A DNA stretch of 64,000 bases from an uncultured Barnesiella sp. (GCA_944320995.1 CALUJQ010000009.1:13392-77391); one strand, 5' to 3'. Shown: positions 50,417 through 60,174, counted from the first letter of the stretch. Notes: generated by a model from the letters alone, not told the origin. Numbers and translations: made by a program.

Positions 50417-52423
50417 ATGACAAATTATCGAAAACTGACCACCGGCGAAATCGACCGGCTCACTGCACAATTTTGTACCGCCGAAGACTGGACAAAGATC
50501 GACGTAACCGAAAACTTCTCGACCGAAAACATCTCTTACACCAGATTCTCGGGAGAAATCAAACTGGGGACTTTTACCCAAGAAATTCTTCTGCCGGGAG
50601 GATTGAAAAAAAGAGCCGGATTGCATCATGTCACGTTGCACAACTGCTCAATCGGAGACAATACCCTGATAGAGAACGTACCCAACTACATTGCCAATTA
50701 CAACATCGGTAACGACTGCTACATACAAAACGTTAATCTCCTGCTCACCGAGGAAGAGAGTTGTTTCGGTAACAACACCGAGGTCTCGGTACTGAATGAG
50801 ACAGGTGGCCGGGAAGTTCCTATTTACAACCGGCTCTCGGCACAACTGGCCTACATCATCGCCATGTACCGCCACCGGCCCGACCTGATCAAACGGCTGC
50901 GGGAAATGGTCAACAGCTATGCCCTCGCCCGGAAAAACGACCGAGGGACAATCGGGAACCACGTATACATTGTCAACACCGGCACGATACGCAACGTTTG
51001 TATCGGCAACGCCTGCCGGATAGACGGAGCGTCGCGCCTCGAAAACGGCACGGTCAACAGCAACCGGGAAGCCCCAGTTTACATCGGCCCCAATGTGACG
51101 GCCGAAGATTTTATCATCAGTTCGGGAGCTCATGTGAGCGACGGCGTAGTCATGTCGCGATGTTTCATCGGACAAGCCTGCCACCTCACCCACCTCTTCT
51201 CGGCACACGATTCTCTCTTTTTCAGCAACTGTCAGGGCGAAAACGGTGAGGCATGCGCCATCTTTGCCGGCCCTTATACGGTGAGCATGCACAAGTCGAG
51301 CCTGCTTATCGCCGGCATGTTCTCGTTCCTGAATGCCGGTAGCGGTTCGAACCAGAGCAACCACATGTATAAGTTAGGGCCCATTCACCAAGGAGTAGTA
51401 GAGCGCGGTTCAAAGACCACCAGCGACTCCTATATCCTGTGGCCGGCCAAAATCGGTGCCTTCTCCCTCATCATGGGTCGGCACGTCAACCACCCCGACA
51501 CCTCGGGCATGCCTTTCTCCTACCTCATCGAGCATGGCAACCGCTCCTATCTCGTGCCGGGAGCCAACCTCAAAAGCGTAGGGACAATCCGCGATGCCCA
51601 GAAATGGCCCAAACGCGACAAACGTACCGACCCCGACAAACTCGACTGTATCAACTTCAACCTGCTCAGTCCCTACACCATACAAAAAATGTTTCAGGGT
51701 ATCGACACGTTACAAGGTCTCAAAAAGACATCGGGAGAAACATCGGAGTGCTACTCATTCCAAAGCACCACGATTAAAAACAGTTCACTCGAAAAAGGGA
51801 TAAATCTCTACTCAATGGCCATACACAAGTTCATGGGCAACTCGATTATCAAACGGCTCGAAGGGGCCCCCTTTGCCGACATCGACGACCTGCACAACCG
51901 GCTGCAACCGACCGACCCTCTGGGAGAAGGCGAATGGATAGACCTCTCGGGGCTGATTATCCCGAAACAGGCCATGACCGAGGAGATCGACCGCATCGTA
52001 CACAATCCCGATTGCACACTCGAAGCGGTAGAAGCCTTCTTCCGCACCATGCACAAGCGCTATTACGATATGGAGTGGACATGGGTCTGCTCGATGATGC
52101 CCCGTTGGTATGGCAAAACAATTGACCGACTCACAGCCGAAGAGGTCATCGGCATCGTGCGGCAATGGAACGATTCGGTCGTATCGCTCGACCGCATGCT
52201 TTACGACGACGCCCGCAAAGAGTTCTCGATGATTTCGCGCATCGGGTTCGGTGTCGATGGCTCTACCCTACAACGCGATTTCGACTTCGAGCAAGTACGC
52301 GGTGAATTCGAGAGCGACCCCTTCGTCAAGATGGTATGCCGCCATATCGAAGATAAAACCGCACTGGGCAATGAACTTATCGGTCGGCTCAAACAATTGA
52401 AAGACAAAACTATTTGCCAATAA
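50417..52423 (+). CDS. DUF4954-type protein (left-handed beta-helix-like repeats)
   Basis: 668 aa; NETGGREV, GPYTVSMHKSSLLIAG, SGSNQSNHMYKLGP; conserved-looking Bacteroidales protein after hflX. Confidence 0.82.
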   Translation: MTNYRKLTTGEIDRLTAQFCTAEDWTKIDVTENFSTENISYTRFSGEIKLGTFTQEILLPGGLKKRAGLHHVTLHNCSIGDNTLIENVPNYIANYNIGNDCYIQNVNLLLTEEESCFGNNTEVSVLNETGGREVPIYNRLSAQLAYIIAMYRHRPDLIKRLREMVNSYALARKNDRGTIGNHVYIVNTGTIRNVCIGNACRIDGASRLENGTVNSNREAPVYIGPNVTAEDFIISSGAHVSDGVVMSRCFIGQACHLTHLFSAHDSLFFSNCQGENGEACAIFAGPYTVSMHKSSLLIAGMFSFLNAGSGSNQSNHMYKLGPIHQGVVERGSKTTSDSYILWPAKIGAFSLIMGRHVNHPDTSGMPFSYLIEHGNRSYLVPGANLKSVGTIRDAQKWPKRDKRTDPDKLDCINFNLLSPYTIQKMFQGIDTLQGLKKTSGETSECYSFQSTTIKNSSLEKGINLYSMAIHKFMGNSIIKRLEGAPFADIDDLHNRLQPTDPLGEGEWIDLSGLIIPKQAMTEEIDRIVHNPDCTLEAVEAFFRTMHKRYYDMEWTWVCSMMPRWYGKTIDRLTAEEVIGIVRQWNDSVVSLDRMLYDDARKEFSMISRIGFGVDGSTLQRDFDFEQVRGEFESDPFVKMVCRHIEDKTALGNELIGRLKQLKDKTICQ

Positions 52424-52765
52424 TTTGTTCTACATAATGTTTTTCATTATTTTTGTACTACCAACTTAAAAAAACGAAGCCTATGATCTAACACTAAAAA
52501 CAAAAAGATAAATATAAAAGAGCGTTAGCTTTTATTCTTGTTTACTGGAATCTGGAAAATTCAAGCATACATTCAAGAATATAAAGGTTTAACGTCTGCG
52601 CTACATATGGCGTGGACTTAACTTTATTGAATGTATAGGTATTCCAGAACCTCAGTAAACAATAAAGTTCGGTTCCTCGCCACTTTTATATTTACCGGGG
52701 ACTAAAAAACATTTACAAAATCGCTTCATGGAGCCGGGGAGCTAAAACAAAACACACTTAATACG

Positions 52766-54532
52766 ATGAAAACTTTCAAATGGTGGCAAGCGATTTTTGC
52801 TATATGTGCGATTTTATCGGTCTGTCCCGCTTGCAACAATGACGAACCTTCAATGGACGATGAAATCGGCGCAAACGACAATGTTCCAGACCCAGCAGGG
52901 ACAATCCAACTCTCCATGCGAGATCAAGACAGTGGAGATACAAGCATTGATAATATTTCCATCAACAACGAGAATTTCTCGGGGTGGAATACTTCTTTCA
53001 CCTCCTTGGGAGCGGTAAGAGGATTGGGGAATGTAGCCTATATTCCTGCCTCGGGGTGGGCCTCTCAGGTAGCCGTTGTACCGGGCGAGGGTTATGTAGC
53101 TTACGACTCTTCAACAGAACAGTTCTACCGCATCTATGTATTGGATTATATAGTCAGTACAACGGGAGGCATCATAGGTGCCGATGTAAAATACCAAACT
53201 CCCTTCAAAGGGAAAGACGAGGCTATCTCGCTGACGACAAACTCCCTCTCGTTTTCGGAATACGGAGGGATACAAGAACTCATTTTCAACAACTCGAGCA
53301 TAATACCTTTCAAAATCGAAGTCAATATGCCGAATTGCACCGTGTCAAAAGTTTCGACTCAAGATCAACCCTTTTTATCCAACGGTATTTCAATTGATTT
53401 ATATAACTATAATGAATCACCGGAGAGTATAAAAGGCTCCATAACGCTGACTACATTGTATGGTAAAAAAAACACCATCGACATCATACAAGCCGGCCAA
53501 GGTCCATACATTGGGACACCTACGGATCTAATAAATGTATCGCTCGAGGAGCAAGTTAAATATATCGATATAACCAGTAATATCCCATTTGAGGATTTAA
53601 CGGTCGATTGCCCCGACGAGTGGTGCAAAGCCGAGCTTATCAATAATACCCCGTTACTACAAGCGCAAAGCCGCAAAGTCAAATTTATCGGTGACAAAGA
53701 GGTTTCTCCCACAAGAAGCAGCGAATCTGGCAACTCCGCCTCATCATATCAATTGAAACTTTCAATCGATAAAAACGAAGGCTCCCAAACCCGTAATACG
53801 AAGGTCACCATAAGAGTAAAAGACAAAACACTCTCTCATTCTTTACAGATTATTCAAGAAGGATTTATACTTGAAATACGCACCAATAAAATAGGGTTCG
53901 ACAAGAATGCCGGTTCTCGCACAATTACCATCAACACGAATGTAAACGATTGGGAGGCACAAAGTTCGGCCGACTGGTGTACCCTGACCAAAATCGGGAA
54001 CCAAATAATGATTAATGTAACAGACGCAACCGAAGATCGCACAGCTACCGTTACGTTCAAAGATTTTAGCCCGACAATTACCGTTAGACAAAGTAAATAT
54101 GCCGTAGACGATACCTTCAACGAAAACGGTATCGAGGGAACAGTGGGATACATTGGCGATGAAGCAAGATTGATCTATAAACAAGTAAGCGACAACAACG
54201 GTGTCGCTTAGAGTACCGAAAAGGTAATAACCGGAGCGAACAGTGACACCGATGGAGAATACAACATGAGTGTGATTAAAAAGATTCCTTTCTGGCAGGA
54301 CGCTTATCCGGCCTTCCTGCTTTGTGAGCAACTCAATATCAATGGTGTCACAGGCTGGTATTTACCGGCAATAGACGAATTGTCGATTTTACCAGAGAAT
54401 ATAAGCTCAAATTGTTGGTCATCAACAGAATACAATGAACCTTACTATATGGATAGATATGCTTATAGGAGGGAGAAATTTAAAGACTACAAAGACAGTA
54501 AAAATAAAGTTTTAGCTGTTCATAAATTCTAA
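52766..54532 (+). pseudogene. BACON-domain lipoprotein interrupted by an in-frame TAG at 54209-54211
   Basis: Lipobox VCPAC; BACON-like repeats (W..QSSADWC.L). The ORFs 52766..54211 and 54266..54532 share a frame, and the gap reads STEKVITGANSDTDGEYN without a stop. C-terminal WYLPAIDEL..CWSSTE resembles a DUF1566/C-type-lectin-like domain. Confidence 0.75.
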
Positions 54533-54579
54533 CACACATTACCCGGCATAACACGGGTTACCGCACTGCATCAAGTCAA

Positions 54580-54900
54580 GGGGCTGTGTCGCAAACAAGC
54601 GATGCAGTCCCTTGCTATAATCTGCCACTCCGTGCCGAAACACGAATTTCAAAGGATACCATCGCCTATGTCATACCGCGCTACGACGTGGCGGTTTGGT
54701 CATTCTGCGCCGTGATGCGGAATCCAGAGAATACTGTCTGCGGCATTTCCCCGTTTGCAGCCCGGGGCTGGACCCCGCATCGAGTGCGGGGTGACACAGT
54801 GCGCTTCGGGAGTGAGGTGGTATACGCTACGGACATACCACGCTGCGACGCGGAGGTTTGGTCTTTCCGCACCATGGATACAGAACTCAGAAATGACTCG
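54580..54900. repeat. REP-like palindrome cluster, same family as the 19 kb cluster
   Basis: GTCATTCTGCGCCGTGATGCGGAATCC (54699-54725) and GGACCCCGCATCGAGTGCGGGGTGAC (54770-54795, identical to 19418-19443); CCTATGTCATACCGCGCTACGACG resembles about 19473-19497. Confidence 0.85.
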
Positions 54901-54939
54901 GGCGGGAGAGCCTATAAAAAGAATATACGCAGAGAAGAA

Positions 54940-56142
54940 TTATCGACTCTCGCCGTTCAGCAGTTCCTGAAAAAAGACAGAGACCTGTTGCTCGATGTCA
55001 CCGAGCGTGCGCTCTACCCGGCGGTCGTTCCACGAACCGGAGCGACGGGCCTCATCGAGCAGAGTGCGGCTGCGGGCATAGACCTCTTTTTCGAGGCCGA
55101 GCAATTGTTGCGAGATACCGCTACCGTCGGGCCGGAAGAGACGGGCCATGTGCAGGTAGTGCGACCCACTGCCCCGCTCGACAGGGAACGCCTCGCGTTT
55201 CAACGCATTGGACCATTCGCACAGAGGTGAGCGCATCGTATCGCCGTTGGCTTGCAACAAGGCGGGAATACCGCTCTCACAGCCGAGCCACACCGGCAGT
55301 ACTACCGAGCAGGGAGGATACCCCAGCACCGTCCACATCGTCGTGAGCGACGGCGACTCACCCGGCTTTACCCCCTCGATGACCAGCGATGCCGAGGTGC
55401 TGCGGCGGGGTATGAAATCTTGATCGACCACCCACGCGTCGCCCGAAAAATCGCGGCCCAACAAGGTGTGGTAAAACGAACGGGAGCAGACACCGGTAAT
55501 CCACTCGGGAGTAATACCGTCCTCGGCAGCCGCCTGCGAAAACAGCCGCTCGGCGTTGTCGTAACGGATATATCCCGCCCCTTCGTCGCTCCGTCCCGAC
55601 ACCGAATAGTTGGTTCGCAACAGATAACCCTCGGGGCTGTCGGCCACATCGTAACGGGTCACCTCGTAATTGTTCACCTCGAAATAGGCCGCGCCCCCCT
55701 CGGCATCGATAACCCCGAAGTTGGCCTCCACCCCGATGGGCCGGGGCCACGCATCGAGCAAGCGGGCAAAATCATCGACCAAACGGCACATGCCCAACGC
55801 CCGCTTCATCACCACCCCCTCACGATCGGCCAGCGAAGAGGTATCGTTTTTGAGATTATATGAGGCCGTATTCATGATGGCAAAACCTGCACTATTGTAT
55901 CCCGTCCACACCTCGCGGGCCAATGTATCGGAACCGTTGACCACTCCCACGAAAGCAAGCTGGCCCTTGACCGCGTCGAAACGCACGATGCGGTTATTCA
56001 GGTCGGAGGCGTCGCGATGCTTCCACAACAACGGACGGCCATCGGGCGTCGCCCTACCCGAGACCACAGCCGAGGTACACGGATAGACCGGCAAACCAAC
56101 CACACAACACAACAAGAAAAAAAGATACAACCGTCTATACAT
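54940..56142 (-). CDS. Exported Ntn-hydrolase (C45/C69-like peptidase or acylase)
   Basis: Signal peptide ending VYP, then CTSAVVSG (N-terminal Cys nucleophile); TPDGRPLLWKHRD, GYNSAGFAIMN, RTNYS. The upstream 93 aa of the track ORF are repeat-derived. Confidence 0.82.
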   Translation of the reverse strand: MYRRLYLFFLLCCVVGLPVYPCTSAVVSGRATPDGRPLLWKHRDASDLNNRIVRFDAVKGQLAFVGVVNGSDTLAREVWTGYNSAGFAIMNTASYNLKNDTSSLADREGVVMKRALGMCRLVDDFARLLDAWPRPIGVEANFGVIDAEGGAAYFEVNNYEVTRYDVADSPEGYLLRTNYSVSGRSDEGAGYIRYDNAERLFSQAAAEDGITPEWITGVCSRSFYHTLLGRDFSGDAWVVDQDFIPRRSTSASLVIEGVKPGESPSLTTMWTVLGYPPCSVVLPVWLGCESGIPALLQANGDTMRSPLCEWSNALKREAFPVERGSGSHYLHMARLFRPDGSGISQQLLGLEKEVYARSRTLLDEARRSGSWNDRRVERTLGDIEQQVSVFFQELLNGESR

Positions 56143-56159
56143 AACCTTGATTTTATTTA

Positions 56160-56415
56160 CAAAGATAGTGAAAGGCGAGTGCAGAAAGTCAAGCTTGCTT
56201 GAACTTTTTGCCGAGCCGCATCCTGTCTTATCCAAAGATAGCGAAAGACGAGAGCAGAGGCAAACGAAAACAAAGTTTTCAAGTTTGACTATGCCGAGCC
56301 GCATCCTATGTTCTATAAAGATAGTGAAAGGCGAGTGCAGAAAGTCAAGCTTGCTTGAACTTTTTGCCGAGCCGCATCCTATTTTCTGTAAAGATAGCGA
56401 AAGGCGAGTGCAGAA
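56160..56415. repeat. Tandem array of four 73-83 bp units containing -7 promoter-like boxes
   Basis: AAAGATAGYGAAAGRCGAGWGCAGA starts at 56161, 56234, 56317 and 56390; TGCCGAGCCGCATCCT closes units 1-3; units 1 and 3 are identical for about 64 bp. Confidence 0.9.
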
Positions 56416-56562
56416 AAACAAAGCTATTTAAGACTCCTTATGGTGATGAATTCTCTATTATATACCGAGGTTGCAAATAATCAGCACCTCAACAAAAGCA
56501 AACAAGTTTGTTTCTACCCTCGGTTTGCACTATCTTTGTATCGAACAATTAGAGAGAAGATT

Positions 56563-56964
56563 ATGCCACAGTATATTTTTGAATTGGAAATGCAGGTGCG
56601 CGACTATGAGTGCGACATGGAAGGAATTGTCAATAACGCTAACTACCAGCATTATCTCGAACACACCCGCCATGAGTTTTTGGCCGCAGCGGGAATCCCG
56701 TTTGTCGAAATGCGCGAGCGAGGCATCGATCCGGTTGTCAACCGTATAGAAATCAACTATAAATCGCCCTTGCGCAGCCGCGACCGTTTTGTGAGTAAGT
56801 TGTATATGCGTCGGGAAGGGATTAAATTCGTATTCTACCAAGATATTTATAAATTGTCGGGCGAGATGTGTCTCAAAGCGACAGTCGAGACAGTCTGTAT
56901 CTCAAACGGACGAATTTCCCGCGGAGAAGAATTTATTCCCTACTTCGAGAAATTCTTGCAATAA
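56563..56964 (+). CDS. Acyl-CoA thioesterase (YbgC/FadM family)
   Basis: VRDYECDMEGIVNNANYQHYLEHTR hot-dog motif; -7 box TATCTTTG at 56531-56538. Confidence 0.92.
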   Translation: MPQYIFELEMQVRDYECDMEGIVNNANYQHYLEHTRHEFLAAAGIPFVEMRERGIDPVVNRIEINYKSPLRSRDRFVSKLYMRREGIKFVFYQDIYKLSGEMCLKATVETVCISNGRISRGEEFIPYFEKFLQ

Positions 56965-56985
56965 CCCCTACTTTTCCCGCACATC

Positions 56986-58083
56986 ATGAAACAAGAGGCC
57001 CTATACCGTATTGCCCTCTCCCGAGTAAAGGGTATCAACAAATCGCTGGCTCAGCATATCCACGAGACAGTGAAGAGCCTCGAATCGTTCTTTGAACTGC
57101 CCGAAGTCGAACTACAAAAACTCACAGGGATAACCGGTCGTATCCTCCTTGACGAAAATCGCAAAACCGCCCTGCAAGAGGCCCGAAAAGAGATTGAGTT
57201 TATACAGAAGGGGAATATCGTACCACTCTATTTTACCGATCCGGCCTATCCCCAAAAATTGCTCGACTGCATCGACGCGCCTCCGCTACTGTACTACCGG
57301 GGCAATGCCGACTTGAATGCGGCGAAGGTCATCAGTGTAGTGGGAACCCGTCGGGCCACGGAGTATGGTAAAAGTTTTTGCGAAGCGATGATTCGTGATC
57401 TCTCCGCGTATTTCCCGCAGCTGATTGTCGTGAGTGGATTGGCTTACGGGATAGATATTTGCGCACACCGCTCGGCTTTGAAATATGGGCTCGATACCGT
57501 CGCCGTACTGGCCCACGGTCTCGATCATATTTACCCGTCGAGCCATCGCTCTACCGCCGTAGATATTGTTTCGCACGGCGGACTTCTCACCGAATATCCC
57601 GGCTATCACACCATGCATCCGGCCTTTTTTGTGGCCCGCAACCGCATCGTGGCAGGGCTGGCCGATGCGGTCGTTATCGTCGAGTCGCGCGAGAAGGGGG
57701 GAGCCCTTATTACGGCCGGTATTGCCGAGAGTTATCACCGCGATGTATTTGCCTTGCCCGGCAGCATAAAATCCGATACTTCGGCCGGCTGCAACCAGCT
57801 GATACGCCGGAACCGGGCTGCACTCATCACCTCGGCCGACGACCTTGTCGAAGCCATGTGCTGGAATACACCCCGACGAGAAGCGGTGCAACGCTCGCTT
57901 TTCCCCGATTTGACTGCCGAGGAACAGATTATCACCGACTATTTGAAAGAGAAAGGCGAAGGACAAATCAACCGTATGACCGTCGAGCTGAACCAACCGT
58001 TGTCCCAATTATTGTCGATTATGGTAGAGTTGGAATTTAAAGGTGTAGTCAAAGCGTTCCCCGGTGGAGTATATAAATTATGA
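56986..58083 (+). CDS. dprA: DNA-processing protein DprA
   Basis: VVGTRRATEYG, SGLAYGIDICAH, FVARNRIVAGL, GALITA; C-terminal winged helix. Confidence 0.95.
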   Translation: MKQEALYRIALSRVKGINKSLAQHIHETVKSLESFFELPEVELQKLTGITGRILLDENRKTALQEARKEIEFIQKGNIVPLYFTDPAYPQKLLDCIDAPPLLYYRGNADLNAAKVISVVGTRRATEYGKSFCEAMIRDLSAYFPQLIVVSGLAYGIDICAHRSALKYGLDTVAVLAHGLDHIYPSSHRSTAVDIVSHGGLLTEYPGYHTMHPAFFVARNRIVAGLADAVVIVESREKGGALITAGIAESYHRDVFALPGSIKSDTSAGCNQLIRRNRAALITSADDLVEAMCWNTPRREAVQRSLFPDLTAEEQIITDYLKEKGEGQINRMTVELNQPLSQLLSIMVELEFKGVVKAFPGGVYKL

Positions 58084-58087
58084 CAAT

Positions 58088-58120
58088 AACGGGAGAAAAG
58101 AGAGTCGTTCTCCCGTTTTC
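58088..58120. terminator. Hairpin between convergent dprA and CDF genes
   Basis: AACGGGAGAA...TTCTCCCGTT stem followed by Ts. Confidence 0.65.
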
Positions 58121-58146
58121 TCCCGCAGCTGTTTAGGGTTTTGGTG

Positions 58147-59103
58147 TTACAAATAGGGTTGTGTATCGTCGTCGCAGTCATCATGCCCGTCGCAACAATC
58201 GCAATGTCCGTCGCAACGCTCTTCTTGCAATTCCAGTTCAAAAGTGGCATGTTCGATTCCTAACTCACGCAGCGCATGTTTCAATCGATGTTTCACCTCG
58301 TGCATACGCATAATGTCCGACACAACGATATGTGCCGTCAATGCCGTTTGGGTAGTACTGATGGCCCAAACATGCAAATGGTGTACATTGATGACATCGG
58401 GATCGGCCGAAAGTATCGCCTCCACTTTCTGCACATCGATGCTCTCGGGGACGCCGTCGAGCGCCAATCGCAGGCTCTCCTGCAACAAATGCCATGTAGA
58501 ATAGAGAATAACGAGGCCTACCACCAACCCGATAATAGGGTCTATGATATTCCACCCCGTATATTTGATTACAATCCCCGAGACCAATACTCCTACCGAT
58601 ACCAATGTGTCGGCGGCCATGTGCAGATAGGCACCCTTGACATTCAAGTCTTTCGATTTGTCGGCAAAGAAAAGGTAGGCCGTGAAAGCATTGACGACAA
58701 TACCTATCGCCGCCACCCAAGCAATGGCACTGCCGTCGAGCGGGGCAGGATTCCTCAGTTTCTCGATACTTTCGTAAAGGATCACGCCGACAGCCAAAAA
58801 GAGAATGGCCGCGTTGAGCAGCGAGACCAGCACGGTACTTTTCTTGTAACCGTAGGTGTATTGCAAAGAGGGTTTTGCCAACGAGAGCCGCAGGGCGAGC
58901 ATGGCCAATACGAGACTTACCACATCGCTCAGATTATGCCCGGCATCGGACAACAAGGCCAATGAATCATAGAAAAATCCGGCTCCGGCCTCAGCCAATA
59001 CGAAGAGGATATTCAGCACGATACCGATGATAAACGATCGGTTCAGCTTTTGCATATCGGGAGCCGGATGCACATGATGATGGTGGTGATGATGCTCTCC
59101 CAT
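58147..59103 (-). CDS. Cation diffusion facilitator (CzcD/ZitB-like)
   Basis: His-rich N-terminus; LLSDAGHNLSD, HMAAD, HHLHVW; Cys/Asp/His-rich tail. Confidence 0.94.
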   Translation of the reverse strand: MGEHHHHHHHVHPAPDMQKLNRSFIIGIVLNILFVLAEAGAGFFYDSLALLSDAGHNLSDVVSLVLAMLALRLSLAKPSLQYTYGYKKSTVLVSLLNAAILFLAVGVILYESIEKLRNPAPLDGSAIAWVAAIGIVVNAFTAYLFFADKSKDLNVKGAYLHMAADTLVSVGVLVSGIVIKYTGWNIIDPIIGLVVGLVILYSTWHLLQESLRLALDGVPESIDVQKVEAILSADPDVINVHHLHVWAISTTQTALTAHIVVSDIMRMHEVKHRLKHALRELGIEHATFELELQEERCDGHCDCCDGHDDCDDDTQPYL

Positions 59104-59115
59104 GGCCTTTTGCTT

Positions 59116-60174
59116 TTAAAATGGTTTGAAGCCCATGATTTCACGCACTTCGCGCAGCGTCTTTGCCGCGTTTTCACGAGCTTTCTCGGCACCCATTCTC
59201 ACGACACGGGCCAAATAGGCCTCATCGCTTTGTATCTCCAAGAAACGTTCCCGAATAGGCAGCGTCACTTTGAGAATATCTTCGGCCAACTGTTTTTTCA
59301 AATCGCCGTAACGGATTTCGCACGTATTGTATTTCTCTTCGAAATAGGCTACCGTATCGGGCGAAGAGACGATTTTGAGCAAGGTAAACAGATTTTCAAC
59401 CGGCTCGGCCTTAGGCGAATTCGGTGTTTGCGGGCCTTCATCGGTCACGGCCCGCATGATTTTCTTCCGCAATGTTTTTTCATCGTCGATGAGATAAACA
59501 CAATTCCCTTCGGATTTCCCCATCTTCCCCGACCCGTCGAGACCGGGAACCTTTATGGGAGCATTGCCGAAGTTGAAGTTCTGCGGCTCGGCAAAATATT
59601 CGACGCCATAGGTGGAATTGAATCGGCGGGCAAACCGGCGGGTCAGTTCCAAATGCTGTTCTTGGTCTTTCCCCACGGGTACATAGTTGGCATGTTGAAT
59701 GAGAATATCCACAGCCATGAGTGTGGGGTATGTGAGCAAACCGGCATTCACCCGCTTGTTGGAGTTATTCCCGATAATCTCGTGTTCTATGTCGCCCTCA
59801 TTGTCGGTCTTTATACCCAACTGCTTGCGGGCTTTGTCTTTAAAAGAAGCTGTACGCATCAATTCGCCGATACCGACGTGCATGTTCATCAACAGATACA
59901 TCTCCGAAATTTCGGGAATGTCGCTCTGCACAAACAGTGTCGATTTTTCGGGATCAAGACCTGCCGCCAAATATTCGCAAAGGATGTTGCGGACGTTCTC
60001 ATGCAACGTTTTCGGGTCGGGGTGGGTCGTGAGGGCATGCAGGTCGGCAATAAAAAAATAGCTGTCATATTTTGCCTCTTCCTGCATTTTGACAAAATTG
60101 CGCAACGCACCGTAATAATTCCCCAAATGTAAGTTTCCCGTGGAGCGGATTCCACTAACAACAACTTCTTTCAT
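59116..60174 (-). CDS. trpS: Tryptophanyl-tRNA synthetase
   Basis: TGNLHLGNY (HIGH), YPTLMAVDI, VPVGKDQ, KMGKS (KMSKS). Confidence 0.97.
   Translation of the reverse strand: MKEVVVSGIRSTGNLHLGNYYGALRNFVKMQEEAKYDSYFFIADLHALTTHPDPKTLHENVRNILCEYLAAGLDPEKSTLFVQSDIPEISEMYLLMNMHVGIGELMRTASFKDKARKQLGIKTDNEGDIEHEIIGNNSNKRVNAGLLTYPTLMAVDILIQHANYVPVGKDQEQHLELTRRFARRFNSTYGVEYFAEPQNFNFGNAPIKVPGLDGSGKMGKSEGNCVYLIDDEKTLRKKIMRAVTDEGPQTPNSPKAEPVENLFTLLKIVSSPDTVAYFEEKYNTCEIRYGDLKKQLAEDILKVTLPIRERFLEIQSDEAYLARVVRMGAEKARENAAKTLREVREIMGFKPF

Noticed and set aside
54209-54211. Pyrrolysine or genetic-code reassignment of TAG
   Set aside because: No pyl genes in the window, and the other recognisable genes translate full-length under the standard code; a nonsense mutation is simpler.
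56160-56415. CRISPR array
   Set aside because: The conserved part is about 50 bp, the inserts are repeated and palindromic rather than unique, and no cas genes are nearby.
56143-56431. 93-aa N-terminal extension of the hydrolase ORF and ORF 56147..56431
   Set aside because: Both read through the tandem repeat (duplicated GCGSAKSSSKLDFLHSPFTIF); the real start with a signal peptide is at 56142.
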